Below, in pieces: positions 1 through 11,904 of a stretch of DNA of 64,000 bases. Every line of letters begins with the position of its first letter. Position 1 is the first letter of the stretch. The notes under the pieces are model-generated. The model saw nothing but the letters and a program-made list of their open reading frames with translations, was not told where the DNA came from and ran no database searches. Made by a program: the position numbers and the translations under genes. This DNA comes from Octopus vulgaris (lineage: Eukaryota), in the NCBI GenBank assembly GCA_951406725.2, contig OX597816.1, positions 51,026,001-51,090,000 on the forward strand. The letters run 5' to 3'.

Positions 1-10
1 ATGCTTTATT

Positions 11-119
11 TAAAAGCAGTAGAAATATAACAAAAGCTTTTATTTAGAGGTTCACTTTCCCGACGAACGGGAACGTGAAACTTTGACTAACGGCTTTTGC
101 TATGTTTCTGCTGTTTTTA
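11..119. repeat. Imperfect ~50-bp-arm inverted repeat (long hairpin, 5-nt loop ACGAA), probably the terminus of a PLE pseudo-LTR
   Basis: AAAAGCAGTAGAAATATAACAAAAGC...TTCCCG pairs with CGGGAAC...GCTTTTGCTATGTTTCTGCTGTTTTT; lies 3' (minus strand) of the hammerhead motif at 204-269. Confidence 0.85.
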
Positions 120-203
120 CACAAAATTATATATATGTATATATATATGTGTGTGGGGGGTGTTTGTGTGTGTGTGTATAATATGAGACAATTAACTTGT
201 AGA

Positions 204-269
204 CCTGATAAAACTCCGTTTTCAGATATCGGGGCGGAAACCCACACCAGCATCTCTTCAGTTATCGGG
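204..269 (-). ncRNA. Type I minimal hammerhead ribozyme-like motif in the PLE 3' repeat
   Basis: Minus strand reads CCCGATAA-CTGAAGA-GATG...TATC-T-GAAA-ACGGAGTT-TTATCAGG: canonical CUGANGA and GAAA cores, stem I and a short stem III; the cleavage triplet register is ambiguous. Confidence 0.7.
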
Positions 270-1229
270 CCATTGAAAAAAATGCCATGAAAATGACCTT
301 TAAAGGGAAATTACTGTGTGGTTGACCGTTATTAACACAGAAGAGCTATTAGGATGGCCGCTAAGTAAGGGGAGGGTGTAAATGCAAGGTAGTACATGTG
401 TTCATAGTAATCGCGTAAATGCCCATGTCCATACAGACATTGCGCGCCCGCACACCCACGTACATGTGGCTATATGTGTATAGTCATCCACCCTCACTTG
501 AAATACACACATGCTCACCTACACTTTCGCTAATAAAATAAAAACATACACGTACCTGCATACACGCTAGCACACGCACACACATACACGCACAATAAAG
601 GTTCACACACACGTCTATGTACGCACATGCACATGAAAAAACAGAGCTAAAGATGAGTACAGAACAGTGTAAAAAATAATCAATAAGAATAAGAAGTAAA
701 GGATTAAATATGCGCATGAGAATGCGTATGAGCGCATGTTCATACATAAACATGCGCCTACGCACACCCACATATATATGTGTATATGCTCATCCACTTG
801 AAACACACATGCGCACCCACACTTTCGCCAACAAACAATTTATGTATACACGTACGCACGCGCACAAAACAGGTTCATATACATATCTTTATACACACAT
901 ACTCGCATGCACGCGCACACACACGTCTATATACGCACATACCCGCACACATGCACACATCCACACGCGTGCACAAAAATTCCATATGCACGCCTATATA
1001 CGCACAGGAAAAATGCAGTTTGGAAGGTAAAATACAGAAAAAATTACGTGTAAAAACTTATATGAGCAATAAACCTATAAAACAATATCTCTAGAAATAT
1101 GTAAAAAAATATATATATAAAAATATATAAGAAATGTAAGTAAAGAGTATAGAGAGATTAAAACTTGTACGTGGGCACAATATAACAAAGCAAGTCCTAT
1201 CTGTAATCTTGGGGAGACCAAAAACCTAA

Positions 1230-1650
1230 CAAATATTTAGCTACGCGTGGAACTTATCCGAAAAGTTCAGTTTTTGAATTTAGACATGTGGCTAAATCTA
1301 AGCTGCTTTTTCATGAGCCATCTTTCCATATGAGAAAGACCATACTTTCCACTGCCGTTGGTGTAGGGCTTACACTTGGCTAAGATCTTCGAATGGATGT
1401 TTTAACTGACACCTTTATCTTTTAAGGACCATATATGACTGTATAATTTGGTCGTTTTCCTTTAATACCAGTGCCTGAAGCTCAAGGTGTGATTATTGAA
1501 TCTTGTCTTGAAATTACCCTCTGTAAGGCCCACGTATTTCTTCGACGAAAATGTGTCCATAATGAATGTCCACGGTGGCGTCATAAATGATAGTCTTGGT
1601 CAGGCAAGCTCCATTTAGCGGGCACAAATTTTTATCCCTGCATGAACAGC
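1230..1650 (-). mobile_element. Penelope-like element remnant, C-terminal GIY-YIG endonuclease (CxC..CPLxGxC type, Naiad-like); pseudogenised
   Basis: Minus translation CSCRDKNLCPLNGACLTKTIIYDAT..KKYVGLTEGNFKTRFNNHTLSFRH..KLYSHIWSLKDKG..CLNSKTEL, with frameshifts and stops. Confidence 0.9.
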
Positions 1651-1666
1651 TGGTTTTATTTCGTGG

Positions 1667-1737
1667 TATGGAAAGATGGCTCATCGGGAAAAGCAGCTTA
1701 GACCCGGCTACATGGCTAAATTCAAGAATTGAACTTT
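1667..1737 (+). repeat. Inverted diverged copy of 1262-1330 (PLE C-terminal segment), at the 5' truncation point
   Basis: TATGGAAAGATGGCTCAT..AAAAGCAGCTTAGA..CTAAATTCAA..TGAACTTT matches the reverse complement of 1262-1330. Confidence 0.8.
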
Positions 1738-4156
1738 CATCAATTATCGGCTGTTCATCTACTCCACATTTCGAGTAATTAACGACAATATATGGCTTCC
1801 AAAACCAGTTGCTCGCGTGAACCAGAAGGAGGAAGAGGGGGGGAGAGAGATATAGATAGAAAACGGTGAAGGGAAGAAAAAGAATTAGAGAAAGAGAGAG
1901 AATGAAAGGGGGGAGAGAGAACAGTACTGCCTAGGGTCGCATCAAAATTATTAATATAACCTTACTCGGAAATGGATGCGTGGCGTGTAATCATATCGTA
2001 TGAATAATAAATGTATATGATGGGGGGGGGGGTGTTTATATTGATAGGTAGATAGATAGATATACAAATATGTATACATATGCATAATATAAATATATGC
2101 ATATATATGTACATTTGTATATATATATATATGTACATACTTACATATATATGTATATATGTATGCGTATATGGGTAGAGGACGTCACAAAACGTAAACA
2201 ACATGAACTGTATATACATACATGGTACACAGATTACATACATACGTACGCTAGATGCCATATAGATTTATATACAGACGCACACACACACACACACACA
2301 TTTATATATATATATATATATATATAGGCAGAGACAGAAGGAAAGAAAGATACGATGTTTGATACGATAGGCTCAATGCACTTCGCCGTATGTGTATGTG
2401 TCCGCATATTGTGTATGACAGTGTGTCTATGTGTCCTGTATTAACACTTTCTTTACTTTCTTCAGTAAAGTATTTTCTTTTGTTTCGTATTCCTTTATCT
2501 TCAATAACTTGGAGCAACGTTAAACGTAAAAGCATTTATGAGAGAAAAGACCAAGTAATTGTCTGGAGTACATATAGATAAAGATATCTTCGTGCCATAC
2601 ATTATTCACATTATATGGCTTTGTGGATATGGTGGAAGTATTTTCAATGCACCCGTCGTTTTAAGTTTTGGGAACTAATAGTAATCAATAGAAACGTTGC
2701 AGTTATCGAAAATCTGCAGTACACATCTATGTATCTGTCTGTTTACCAATCTACTTGTCTATCTATCTCACTATATATATATATATATATAAAGAGAAAA
2801 AGAGAGCGTCGTGTGTGTGTATGTATGTGTACATATAATATATAATATATATTTATATATATGTATATCAAGAGAGAGAAAGAGTAAGGTAGATTTATAT
2901 AGATATAGGATAGACATGATAAATCATATACCTATGGAGAGTCCTGTAGATATAAGTATAAATGTATATACATTCTTTAAGCTTTTTTATTAGATTGTGT
3001 TATGAATATAAGCTTAAAGTAGTAACATTACTGACTGTATTTTGTATAACAATTTTCATAAAAATTTTAATCTAGCTGATTTAAAATAATTAAAATAGAG
3101 TGACAGTTCCTGTCATTATTTTGCGTTATGAATTGTAGAATTTAAAACAAATTAAAACTTTATTTACACGATATTTATTTTATACGGTATGCAAAATAAT
3201 GGAATATTCTCCACGGGAAATTATGAAAAACCATAAGTAGTTATCTACTAATAATAATTTTCTTCAACAGAAAAAGTACGGGATTATTGTTAATATATTA
3301 GATAACTGCGCCGATGAGAATACTAGGAAGTCTGGCATGTCATAATATGTACATGTAATGATAGGTGACATTTCAAAATCACAATGTGCTTTTACTTTTA
3401 CAACTACAATTAGGTTATAGCCACATGAAAATGAATATTCAGTGAGCAACAGCAAATGATTTTGTTGCTTTGGAGATGTATGATTGAAATTTAAATTACA
3501 TGAAGTTCAACGTGGAAGTTTTTTGTACTTCATTATTTCAAACAACGCACATACGCATGTAAGTATATATATATATATGTATGTGTGTGTGTATATATAT
3601 ATATGTGTGCGTACGTATGCGTGTGCATATATATAATGTAGATGTATAAATGCATACACACACATAGACACACATAACAGATTGAAATCCATTCACTAGA
3701 GCTGTTTCAATCGAGTTTTATCGAAGAATAGAGTTATAATATAATTCCCAAAAAGAACCGTTTTATTCAGGTGATTTCAATAATTTAACAATAATTCCAA
3801 AAATCAACAATATGTGGTACTTCATGGTTCCAGGTTAACGCGTGGGAACTAGCCCTTTTCCATCCGTTGTTTTTCATTTATCATTCATGTTACTTAGGAG
3901 CCTACAATTTGTGTGAATCTGGATTCAGTGTGGTGTGTGTTCCTAAGTACAGCCTCGTGTTATATTCAGTCGGTCACTTATGATCTTTGATGCAATTGCA
4001 ATTTTATTCCATTTTGTACTTCGGTATATACATATATCTTCCACTAATTTTGTTTCCTACATGATTGCAATATTGTTGACCCGAACTTAGTGCTTTCCTA
4101 TCCAGGTACCCGTTTCCCTTCAATCCCAAACTCTTCTACCCTCCGTCTCTCATTTG

Positions 4157-4210
<54 letters not shown>

Positions 4211-4244
4211 ACACACATACGCACTCACATAAATATATATATAA

Positions 4245-4458
4245 AATTGAATAAGGGTAGAAATTGATATTAATCAATTAAAACGGGTGGCCTAGCATAT
4301 TCAAGAAATCCGAAGATTAAAATATTAAAAAAACATTTTACATCTTGTTTTTTTGCTGAGTTTTTTCTTGAGAACACATTCTTCGTGGAAAATAGCGATT
4401 TTGACGTCCATATCTAGCATATTGACTGTCCACTTTTAGTGGTCAGTCCTTTAAATTT

Positions 4459-4460
<2 letters not shown>
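4245..4460. repeat. Unclassified interspersed repeat embedded in (TA)n; its last 114 bp recur at 9067-9180
   Basis: 4347-4460 vs 9067-9180 align ungapped with about 6 mismatches; both are followed by (TA)n. Confidence 0.75.
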
Positions 4461-4499
<39 letters not shown>

Positions 4500-4990
4500 C
4501 CTAAGTCAGTTCAAATGTGTCTGTGACATAGGTTAGCTTTTAACTTCTAACTACAAATTCACTGCAGTTTATAAATATTCTCGCATATATTAAACGTTTA
4601 AGTATTTAAGAAAATCTATATTAGCACATTGGTGCACTTTGTTGGACCCATAGATGCATCTCTGGCTCGTTATTCCTTCCTTTATAGGGGATACCAAAGG
4701 GAGATAAGTTTTAGCTGACTCGGATTCCGAAGCTTAGAATAAATCAGTCAGTACCAGTGACTGTTTTACGCTCGCAGACTAACTAGTCTAATTAAAGACA
4801 TAAGTATTCGCTGGGAGCAGCGATGACAATTAAACAAAAATTATGCTACTTCAGATATGTTTGTGATATATATGTTTAATTTCTAAGGATAATTCCTTTG
4901 CAGTTTACTGTGGAGAAAAATGTATGAGAAGGTAAATAATTATTGTAGTATCACCATTATTTATATTGATATTTGTTTCTGCTATGACCG

Positions 4991-5776
4991 TGTAGTAACA
5001 ATAAATTGAATAACGAAGCAGTGTAACAACAGCGTAACGATCCAACAATCTCTCCACGAACTCTACACGTACAAATAAAGAAACGATACTCCGGCAAAAT
5101 TCCAAAACGACACCTTACAACTTCTTGCGATTAACGCTTACTGTTTCTCGTCTCTCACTCAGAACGCTACTATTTGTAGTGGTTCGATCAAGTCTGTTCT
5201 TGCACGGAGTGTCCTGACACTCGCCACAACACCTCTCCATTTGAGAATACGATTTCTGTAGGAAACGAAATTTATTTTATTGTTTTATTTTTTCTTTCTT
5301 TCCAACACGGCGCCCTTTTTGAAATTTTGCTTCACTGGGGAGTTCAGTACATTTTCCACTAAGGAATTATTTCTATATGCTTAGTCTGTTTACGCAGTGT
5401 GTTACTGCAACTTCTAAGTTCAATCACTGCCGGTGCTGTCGCATCGAACATGTCGTAAGACACTTTCTTCGTGTCTCTCTTTTCTTTTTTATGATGAATT
5501 TCTATTTCTATGATGTATTTGTCCTTTACTGTTTCACTTCTTATATCTTACACAGTCACTGGTAGCTTCGAATGACTTTGTAGAAAGTGTTTATAACAAA
5601 GACTCCACAAACTAGACATGAACCAACAAACAAAAATCCAGCAAAAAAACAAAATGACACCTTAATATACCCTTCGATTAACGTCTGCTCTTACTTGTCT
5701 CTCACTCAGACCGCTACTAATTATAGTCTTTTGGTCAAATCTATTCTTGCAGATGCTGTCATGATTCACTACAACA
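4991..5776 (-). mobile_element. Putative decayed mini-LTR element or two related solo LTRs (4991-5231 and 5579-5776)
   Basis: Two diverged direct repeats, both TGTAG...CAACA, sharing GACACCTTA, CGATTAACG, GTCTCTCACTCAGA.CGCTACTA and TTCTTGCA; purine tract AAATGGAGAGG directly precedes TGTTG on the minus strand; no PBS or TSD found. Confidence 0.45.
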
Positions 5777-6575
5777 CTATATAGATAGTATATATATATA
5801 TACATATATATATTGTAAACTACGACAGGTGGTCACAGTAGAAATAAAGCACTATCCCATTCTCTCATTGTCAGTATACATATATGTCTTCATACATATA
5901 TACATTCGTACGTATGAGTCCATAAACGCACACAAGCACTCACGCGCACACACACACAAACACACACACACATACACATATATACATACATAGAGATATA
6001 AACAGATATATATGCATGTATATTTAATCAATGATGCTTGATTCCTTTTAAAGATAGTTCCTACTTTCGTTGAATAACCTTACCTGCAATGTAAATTCAA
6101 CCCACCAATAATGTTATTATATATTTTGCAAATAAATATTAATCAAACATGAAAGAAAATTTTGAATCGAACATAGAATGAAGTATTGTTATAAACGATC
6201 GTAATTGATTAATGATTTCATTTTGAGTGTGAAAGAAGCAATAATGTTTCTCGATTCATCGCTTAACCTGAAGAGAAACATATACATTAATCACAGACGT
6301 GTACGAATTAAAACAAATAAACTAATCAAATATATGTATAAATACGTTTAACTGATTATTAATATACTTTTAGAAAATATTAAAGAGAGATAAAATCTGT
6401 GTATCTTTCGTAGACTGGGAGAAAAATTATGTAATGTAAAGAACCTTCACTTGATCAAATAATGACCAGAGGAAAATAGCACATTTCAAACAAATGTACG
6501 GATGTACATACACATGTGTGTATATGTATACACGCATACGCACGTACGGAAACACAGGAAGACACAAGCACACGC

Positions 6576-6647
<72 letters not shown>

Positions 6648-6659
6648 ATGTATGTAATA

Positions 6660-6875
6660 TATTGTCAAATATAAGTGGCGGAAAACCGTATTGAAATACC
6701 AAGGAAACAGTAAGGTATAGAGTTTCAAATCGATAATAAACATGTGTGCTGCACTTTAATCGGAATTACAGAAAGCAGTTTAAGGGTGACATTTGACCTG
6801 CACATAAATCCATTCAAATATCAGAAAATATTGCCAACGATTCCATCAACATACATCTGGTTATTGAAAAAATAT
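6660..6875 (+). mobile_element. Highly decayed PLE GIY-YIG remnant (Naiad-like)
   Basis: Translation IGITESSLRVTFDLHINPFKYQKILPTIPSTYIWLLK follows the YIGxTE..F..H...F..T..S.YIW.LK pattern seen at 1230-1650. Confidence 0.6.
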
Positions 6876-6889
6876 TGTTGAAATTTATA

Positions 6890-7030
6890 GAAAAATAAAA
6901 GACGACGACAGGTGTATGAACAAGAAGCTAGAGTATTAGTTTGACGCTCTGGTAAATTAAAAAGTCTTTTAGTTTTCGAGCCTACGCTCTTCAAGAGAAA
7001 GGAATAAGAGAAAATAAACTGAGAGAGAAT
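6890..7030 (-). mobile_element. PLE pseudo-LTR copy with hammerhead-like motif at 6966-7001 (same family as 27600-28270)
   Basis: Minus strand CTTT-CTCTTGA-AGAGC-GTAG-GCTC-GAAA-AC-TA-AAAG, followed by AAACTAATAC..CACCTGTC.TCGTCTTTT as in the 27.7 and 28.2 kb copies. Confidence 0.75.
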
Positions 7031-7925
7031 GAAACAAAATTGTAGATCTTTTTCCCGAGCCTCAAAGTAATACACTTGCTTCTTGTTCATACAGCTATCT
7101 TCATCTTTTTCTTTTTTTTTTTTTCAATAAATTTCAACTACATTTTATACGCTCCCGTGCTTACCCCAGTGTGATCCTGACAGAACTTCCTACTCTTTTG
7201 ACTTGCATGTCTGAACCACATTCCGAAATTCCAGCACCTCTCCTCATACATATACCAGCACCTGGATTAACTGTTGATCTACTGACTCTACCTTCACGGG
7301 TTTCAACGGAGAGTTTTCGTTATTGAAAAATGTGATTGCACCGTTTTTGAAAGCACATTTTTCCGATTTAGAATTACTAGTAAATACAGACAATAAATCC
7401 AATTAGCTGCCTTTTATTTGTAAGTTAGAAGTAAGCTTGCTCTAATTTAAATAGAATTTAAAACGAAAATCTGAATTATTGAAACTATTGAAAGACATCC
7501 TTTTAAATTTTTCATTTCGAAGCCTCTTCGAGCATAGCTAATCTCATTCATAACCGATTCTTCATATTAATATCATCATCTAGATTATGCTGGAAACTTT
7601 CCAGTATTCTCTCTATCCCTGTAATACCTGTAGCATATCACATTTTATTCTTAGTCAGTCTATATATAATTCCATGATGTCGATTTTGCACAGCTTAATG
7701 ATGACTGTGATATTAATTCAGATTTTTACACACCCCGTGTATTTATGTAGCTTTAATGTTCGTACTTGGAATTCACTCCTCTCTACGTTTTCGTATCTTC
7801 TTTGCCGCCATTTCAAACAGTTTACCCGCTAAATTTGATAATTTCTGAGTGCTGGTATTGTTTTTCTAACAGAGAACAAACTTACATACCATTTGCATTA
7901 TCGTTGCCAGCAACAGGTATTTTTA

Positions 7926-8021
7926 TCTCTCACTGTTTAAATGTTTCCCTATCGATATATTTTTCCAACTGAAATTATGTATTTATATCAATTAGCATTT
8001 TGTATACGCTTTCTTTTAAAA
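7926..8021 (+). repeat. Local direct duplication, partner at about 8766-8862
   Basis: TCTCACTGTTTA..CCCTATCGAT.TATTTTTCC.ACTGAAATTATGTATTTAT.TCAATTAGCATTTTGTATA is present at both loci. Confidence 0.85.
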
Positions 8022-8874
8022 TATACCTTTCATAGCTCTCTGAAATAATGTATATTACAATTTTTTCCCTTTTTATCTGTTTCATCTAAATTCCAAATGC
8101 GTTCATTTTCACCCGGTCTCCCCCTCCTTCTCTCATTCTTTCTCTCTCTCACATACTCTCCCTTATTCCCTCTCTCTTTCCCCTCTTTCTATCTCGCTAT
8201 ATATATCCCACACAACAGTTTAATAAATTTATGAATTGAATTTACATTTTAACTTTATTACCAACTCACTTCCTTTATTTTCTTTAATTTTTAAACGACT
8301 TTTTCTGCATTACTCCATGGCAGCAGAAATTATATCCAAAACTATTCATGAAGTTATAACATGTGCTATTATTCAATTCGTTATTAAATTTTGTATTATA
8401 ATCTTCGATCGTTTGATTAATAAAATTAACGAGTTTTCTCGACTTCCAAATCCGGCAGTTCACTGTCCAAACATCTTTAAATGTTTATTTACAAACCGAT
8501 TTCCCTTTCCCAATATAAAATAATTTTATTGTTCAAAAAATTAGCACTTGTCAAATAACGACATATTGCCTGAGCTTCTGTCTAAAATTTCTGGAATGTT
8601 CTCAGTTTCAAATACTTTTCATTGTGTTAGTGTGTGTGTGTGTGTATGAGTGTATGTGTATGTATGTTCTCTGTGTCTGTGTGTGCGGTTTCTGTACGCA
8701 TGTGCTAATATATCAAATACGAAAATTCTTTTAATGAGCTGCAAAACATGAATTTGGACTATATAATGTCTCACTGTTTATGTATCTCCCTATCGATGTA
8801 TTTTTCCGACTGAAATTATGTATTTATGTCAATTAGCATTTTGTATAGGCTCCATTTTAAAATAACATATCTAA

Positions 8875-9032
8875 GAGTTACTGTGTGGTATGTAGCTTAC
8901 TTAACAACCGTATGGTTTCAGATTCAGTCCCACTGCGTGGCACATTGTGCAAGTCTCTTCTACTATAGCCTCGGGCAGACCAATGTCTTGTGAGTGGATT
9001 TGGTAGACGGAAACTGAAAGAAGCCCGTCGTA

Positions 9033-9069
<37 letters not shown>

Positions 9070-9184
9070 TTTGTGCTGAGTTTTTTCTTGAGAACACATT
9101 CTTCGTGGAAAATAGCGATTTTGACGTCTATATCTAGCATACAGACTGTCCACTTTTAGTGGTCACTACTTTAAATTTTGCATG

Positions 9185-9249
<65 letters not shown>

Positions 9250-9487
9250 ATATACACACACATATATATATATGTATGTATGTATGTATGTGTCTGTGTC
9301 TGTCCACCCAACAACGATTGACAACCGATGCTGGTGTGTTTACGTCCCGTAATTTAGCTGTTCGGCAAAAGAGGCCGATAGAATAAGTACTAGGCTTACA
9401 AAGAATAAGTCCTGGGGTCGATTTGCTCGACTAAAGGCGGTGCTCCAGCATAGCCACAGTCAAATGACTGAAACAAGTAAAAGAGTA
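8875..9487 (+). mobile_element. tRNA-derived SINE family A with internal (TA)n and a nested 114-bp insert
   Basis: A/B-box-like head (TGTGTGGTA..GATTCAGTCCC), body GCCTCGGGC.GACCAA..CTTGTGAGTGGATTTGGTAGACGGAAACTGAAAGAAGCCCGTCG, tail GACTAAAGGCGGTGCTCCAGCAT..GAAACAAGTAAAAGAG; many copies in the window. Confidence 0.9.
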
Positions 9488-9824
9488 ATCATTGCCCACA
9501 TTCGCGTTTAAATCGCCTGAAATGAGTTGCTACCAATATGTTGTTGAAACATCTGTAACCAAGGCAAATACGTGATACCAATAAAGCCATTTTTTGTTAT
9601 GTTATACTATGCGACTGACAGTTAAAACCTGGATTGTTCTTGTTTTTTGTTTTTTTTTGTTGCTCTTTTTAGTCTGTGTGAAACGAAATATTTCCACTGA
9701 AGAATTGTATCTTTGCATACATTGTATTAATCCATGTTCGTAGGAGTGGCGACTGCGGTGATAGCTTGGACGTCTGTATCCAATTTCATACACGTAGACA
9801 CTCACACACATACATACACATAAC

Positions 9825-9914
<90 letters not shown>

Positions 9915-9918
<4 letters not shown>

Positions 9919-10061
9919 AGGGGCGGCTACTAAACACATGGTTCCGGGTTCAGTCCCACTGCGTGGCACCTTGGGCAAGTGTCTTCTACAATAGCCTCCT
10001 ACTAGAGCCTCGGGCCGACCAAAGACTTGTGAGTGAAAGAAGCCCATCGTATATATATATA

Positions 10062-10097
<36 letters not shown>

Positions 10098-10355
10098 TAT
10101 GCGTGTGTGTGTGTGTATGTATGTATATATGTATGTATATATGTATATGTTTGTGTGTCTGTGTTTGTACCCCCCATCATCGCTTGACAACTGAGACTGG
10201 TGTGTTTACGTCCCCGTCACCTAGCGGTTTGGCAAGATAGCCCGATAGAATAAGTACAAGGCTTACAAAGAATAAGTCCTGGAGTAGATTTGCTCGACTA
10301 AGGGTGGTGCCCCAGCATGGCCGCCGTCAGATGACTGAAACAAGTAAAAGAAAAA
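9915..10355 (+). mobile_element. tRNA-derived SINE family A
   Basis: GGTTCCGGGTTCAGTCCCACTGCGTGGCACCTTGGGCAAGTGTCTTCTAC and the same 3' tail as the other copies. Confidence 0.9.
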
Positions 10356-10429
10356 ATATATATATTTATATTTGCTTGTGTGTGACTATATGTTTGAGTG
10401 AGTTTGTGTGAGTCTGTGTGTGTGTGTGC

Positions 10430-10467
<38 letters not shown>

Positions 10468-10854
10468 GTGTGTTTGTGTGTGTGTGTGTAATGCGACGGA
10501 GTCCAAAACAGAGTTGCTCTTTAAATGGAAAGCTATAAAACTAGAATTATTCCGAACAATTAGTTTCCGATCACCAACGTACATTTCTGTAAGAATACTG
10601 TCTGAATAAATTGTAATTATCAAGCCGTCTCTGACATCTTTAATTAATTTTTAATATCACATCCGTAACGTATCACCTATCCTTATCACGTCTCTAAATT
10701 TCACACAGTCTATTAGCTATAAATAATAGTATTTTGTTACGTATGTATGCACATTTATGTAGCATTTAAAAGTGTCACTAATCTTTAGAATAAATAATCC
10801 TGCATATGTCAAATATCAAAATCACCGAAGAAATTCACTTTCCCATACATCATA

Positions 10855-10972
10855 CACGAGTAAGGCGGTGTGCTTATCGGCATTTCGTCCATCTTAGAGT
10901 TCTGGGTTGAAATGCCGCCGAAGTCGACTATGCTTTTCCTTCCACCTGGGTCGATAAATTTAGCACGAGTGA
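10855..10972 (+). mobile_element. tRNA-derived SINE family B, partial
   Basis: GTTCTGGGTTGAAATGCCGCCGAAGTCGACTATGCTTTTC..GGGTCGATAAATT matches the reverse complement of 11247-11457. Confidence 0.75.
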
Positions 10973-11246
10973 AAACTCCCTAACCACATCTTCCTCATTT
11001 AACCGAACGTGTCTAAAGTGCTAGGATTGCAGCAGCATTATATAACCTGCAGAATGCAAATCTGACAACATTTGAAGTATGCTATGTCACCTTATGAGGT
11101 TCTTTTCCATTGTGCATTGCATCTGATGTCATTCCATAGTCCTACACTAAGTACGGATCAAGGCAGAATGTATTTTAAAAGTTTGTTCAGTTTAGATATC
11201 TTCTATTTTCACTCCGTCTTCCATATCAATCATTTAAAATATATAT

Positions 11247-11457
11247 TCTTTTTCTACTCTAGGCTCAAGGCCCGAAATTTGGGGGGCAGTGGCCAGTCGA
11301 TTAGATCGACTCATTACGCAACTGGTACATTTTATTGACTCCGAAAGGTTGAAAGGCAGAGTCGACTTCGGTGGGATTTGAAATCAGAACGTAAAAACAA
11401 ATGAAATACCACTAAGCATTTCGCCCGGCGTGCTAACGTTTGTGCCAGCTCCCCTCC
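11247..11457 (-). mobile_element. tRNA-derived SINE family B, full length, with 13-bp TSD
   Basis: Minus head GGAGGGGAGCTGGCACAAACGTTAGCACGCCGGGCGAAATGCTTAG..GTTCTGATTTCAAATCCC; flanked by TTAAAATATATAT at 11234-11246 and 11458-11470. Confidence 0.9.
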
Positions 11458-11480
11458 TTAAAATATATATATTCCACACA

Positions 11481-11904
11481 GGCGCAGGCGTGGCTGTGTG
11501 GCAAGAGGATTGCTTCCCAACGACATGGTTCCACGTTCAATCCTACTGCACTGCACCTTGGGAAAGTGTTTTCTACAGTCTCGGGCCGACCAGATCCTTG
11601 TGAATGGATTTGCTAGACGGAAACTGGAAGAAGCCCATCGTATATGTGTGTGTGTGTGTGTGAACATACATATACATACATATATGTGTGTGTCTGTCTG
11701 TTTGTCCCCACCATCACTTCACAAACGATGTTGGTGTGTTTACATCTCCGTAACTTAGCGGTTCTGCAAAAGAGACCTACAGAGTAAGTACTATGCTCAC
11801 AAACAATAAGTGCCGGGGTCGACTAAAGTCGATTTTGCTCGACTAAAGGCGGTTCTCCAGCATGGCCACCGTCAAATGACAAAAATAAGTAATAGAGTAA
11901 AGAG
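11481..11904 (+). mobile_element. tRNA-derived SINE family A, full length
   Basis: GGCGCAGGCGTGGCTGTGTGG..GTTCAATCC head, internal (TG)n and the family tail. Confidence 0.9.
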
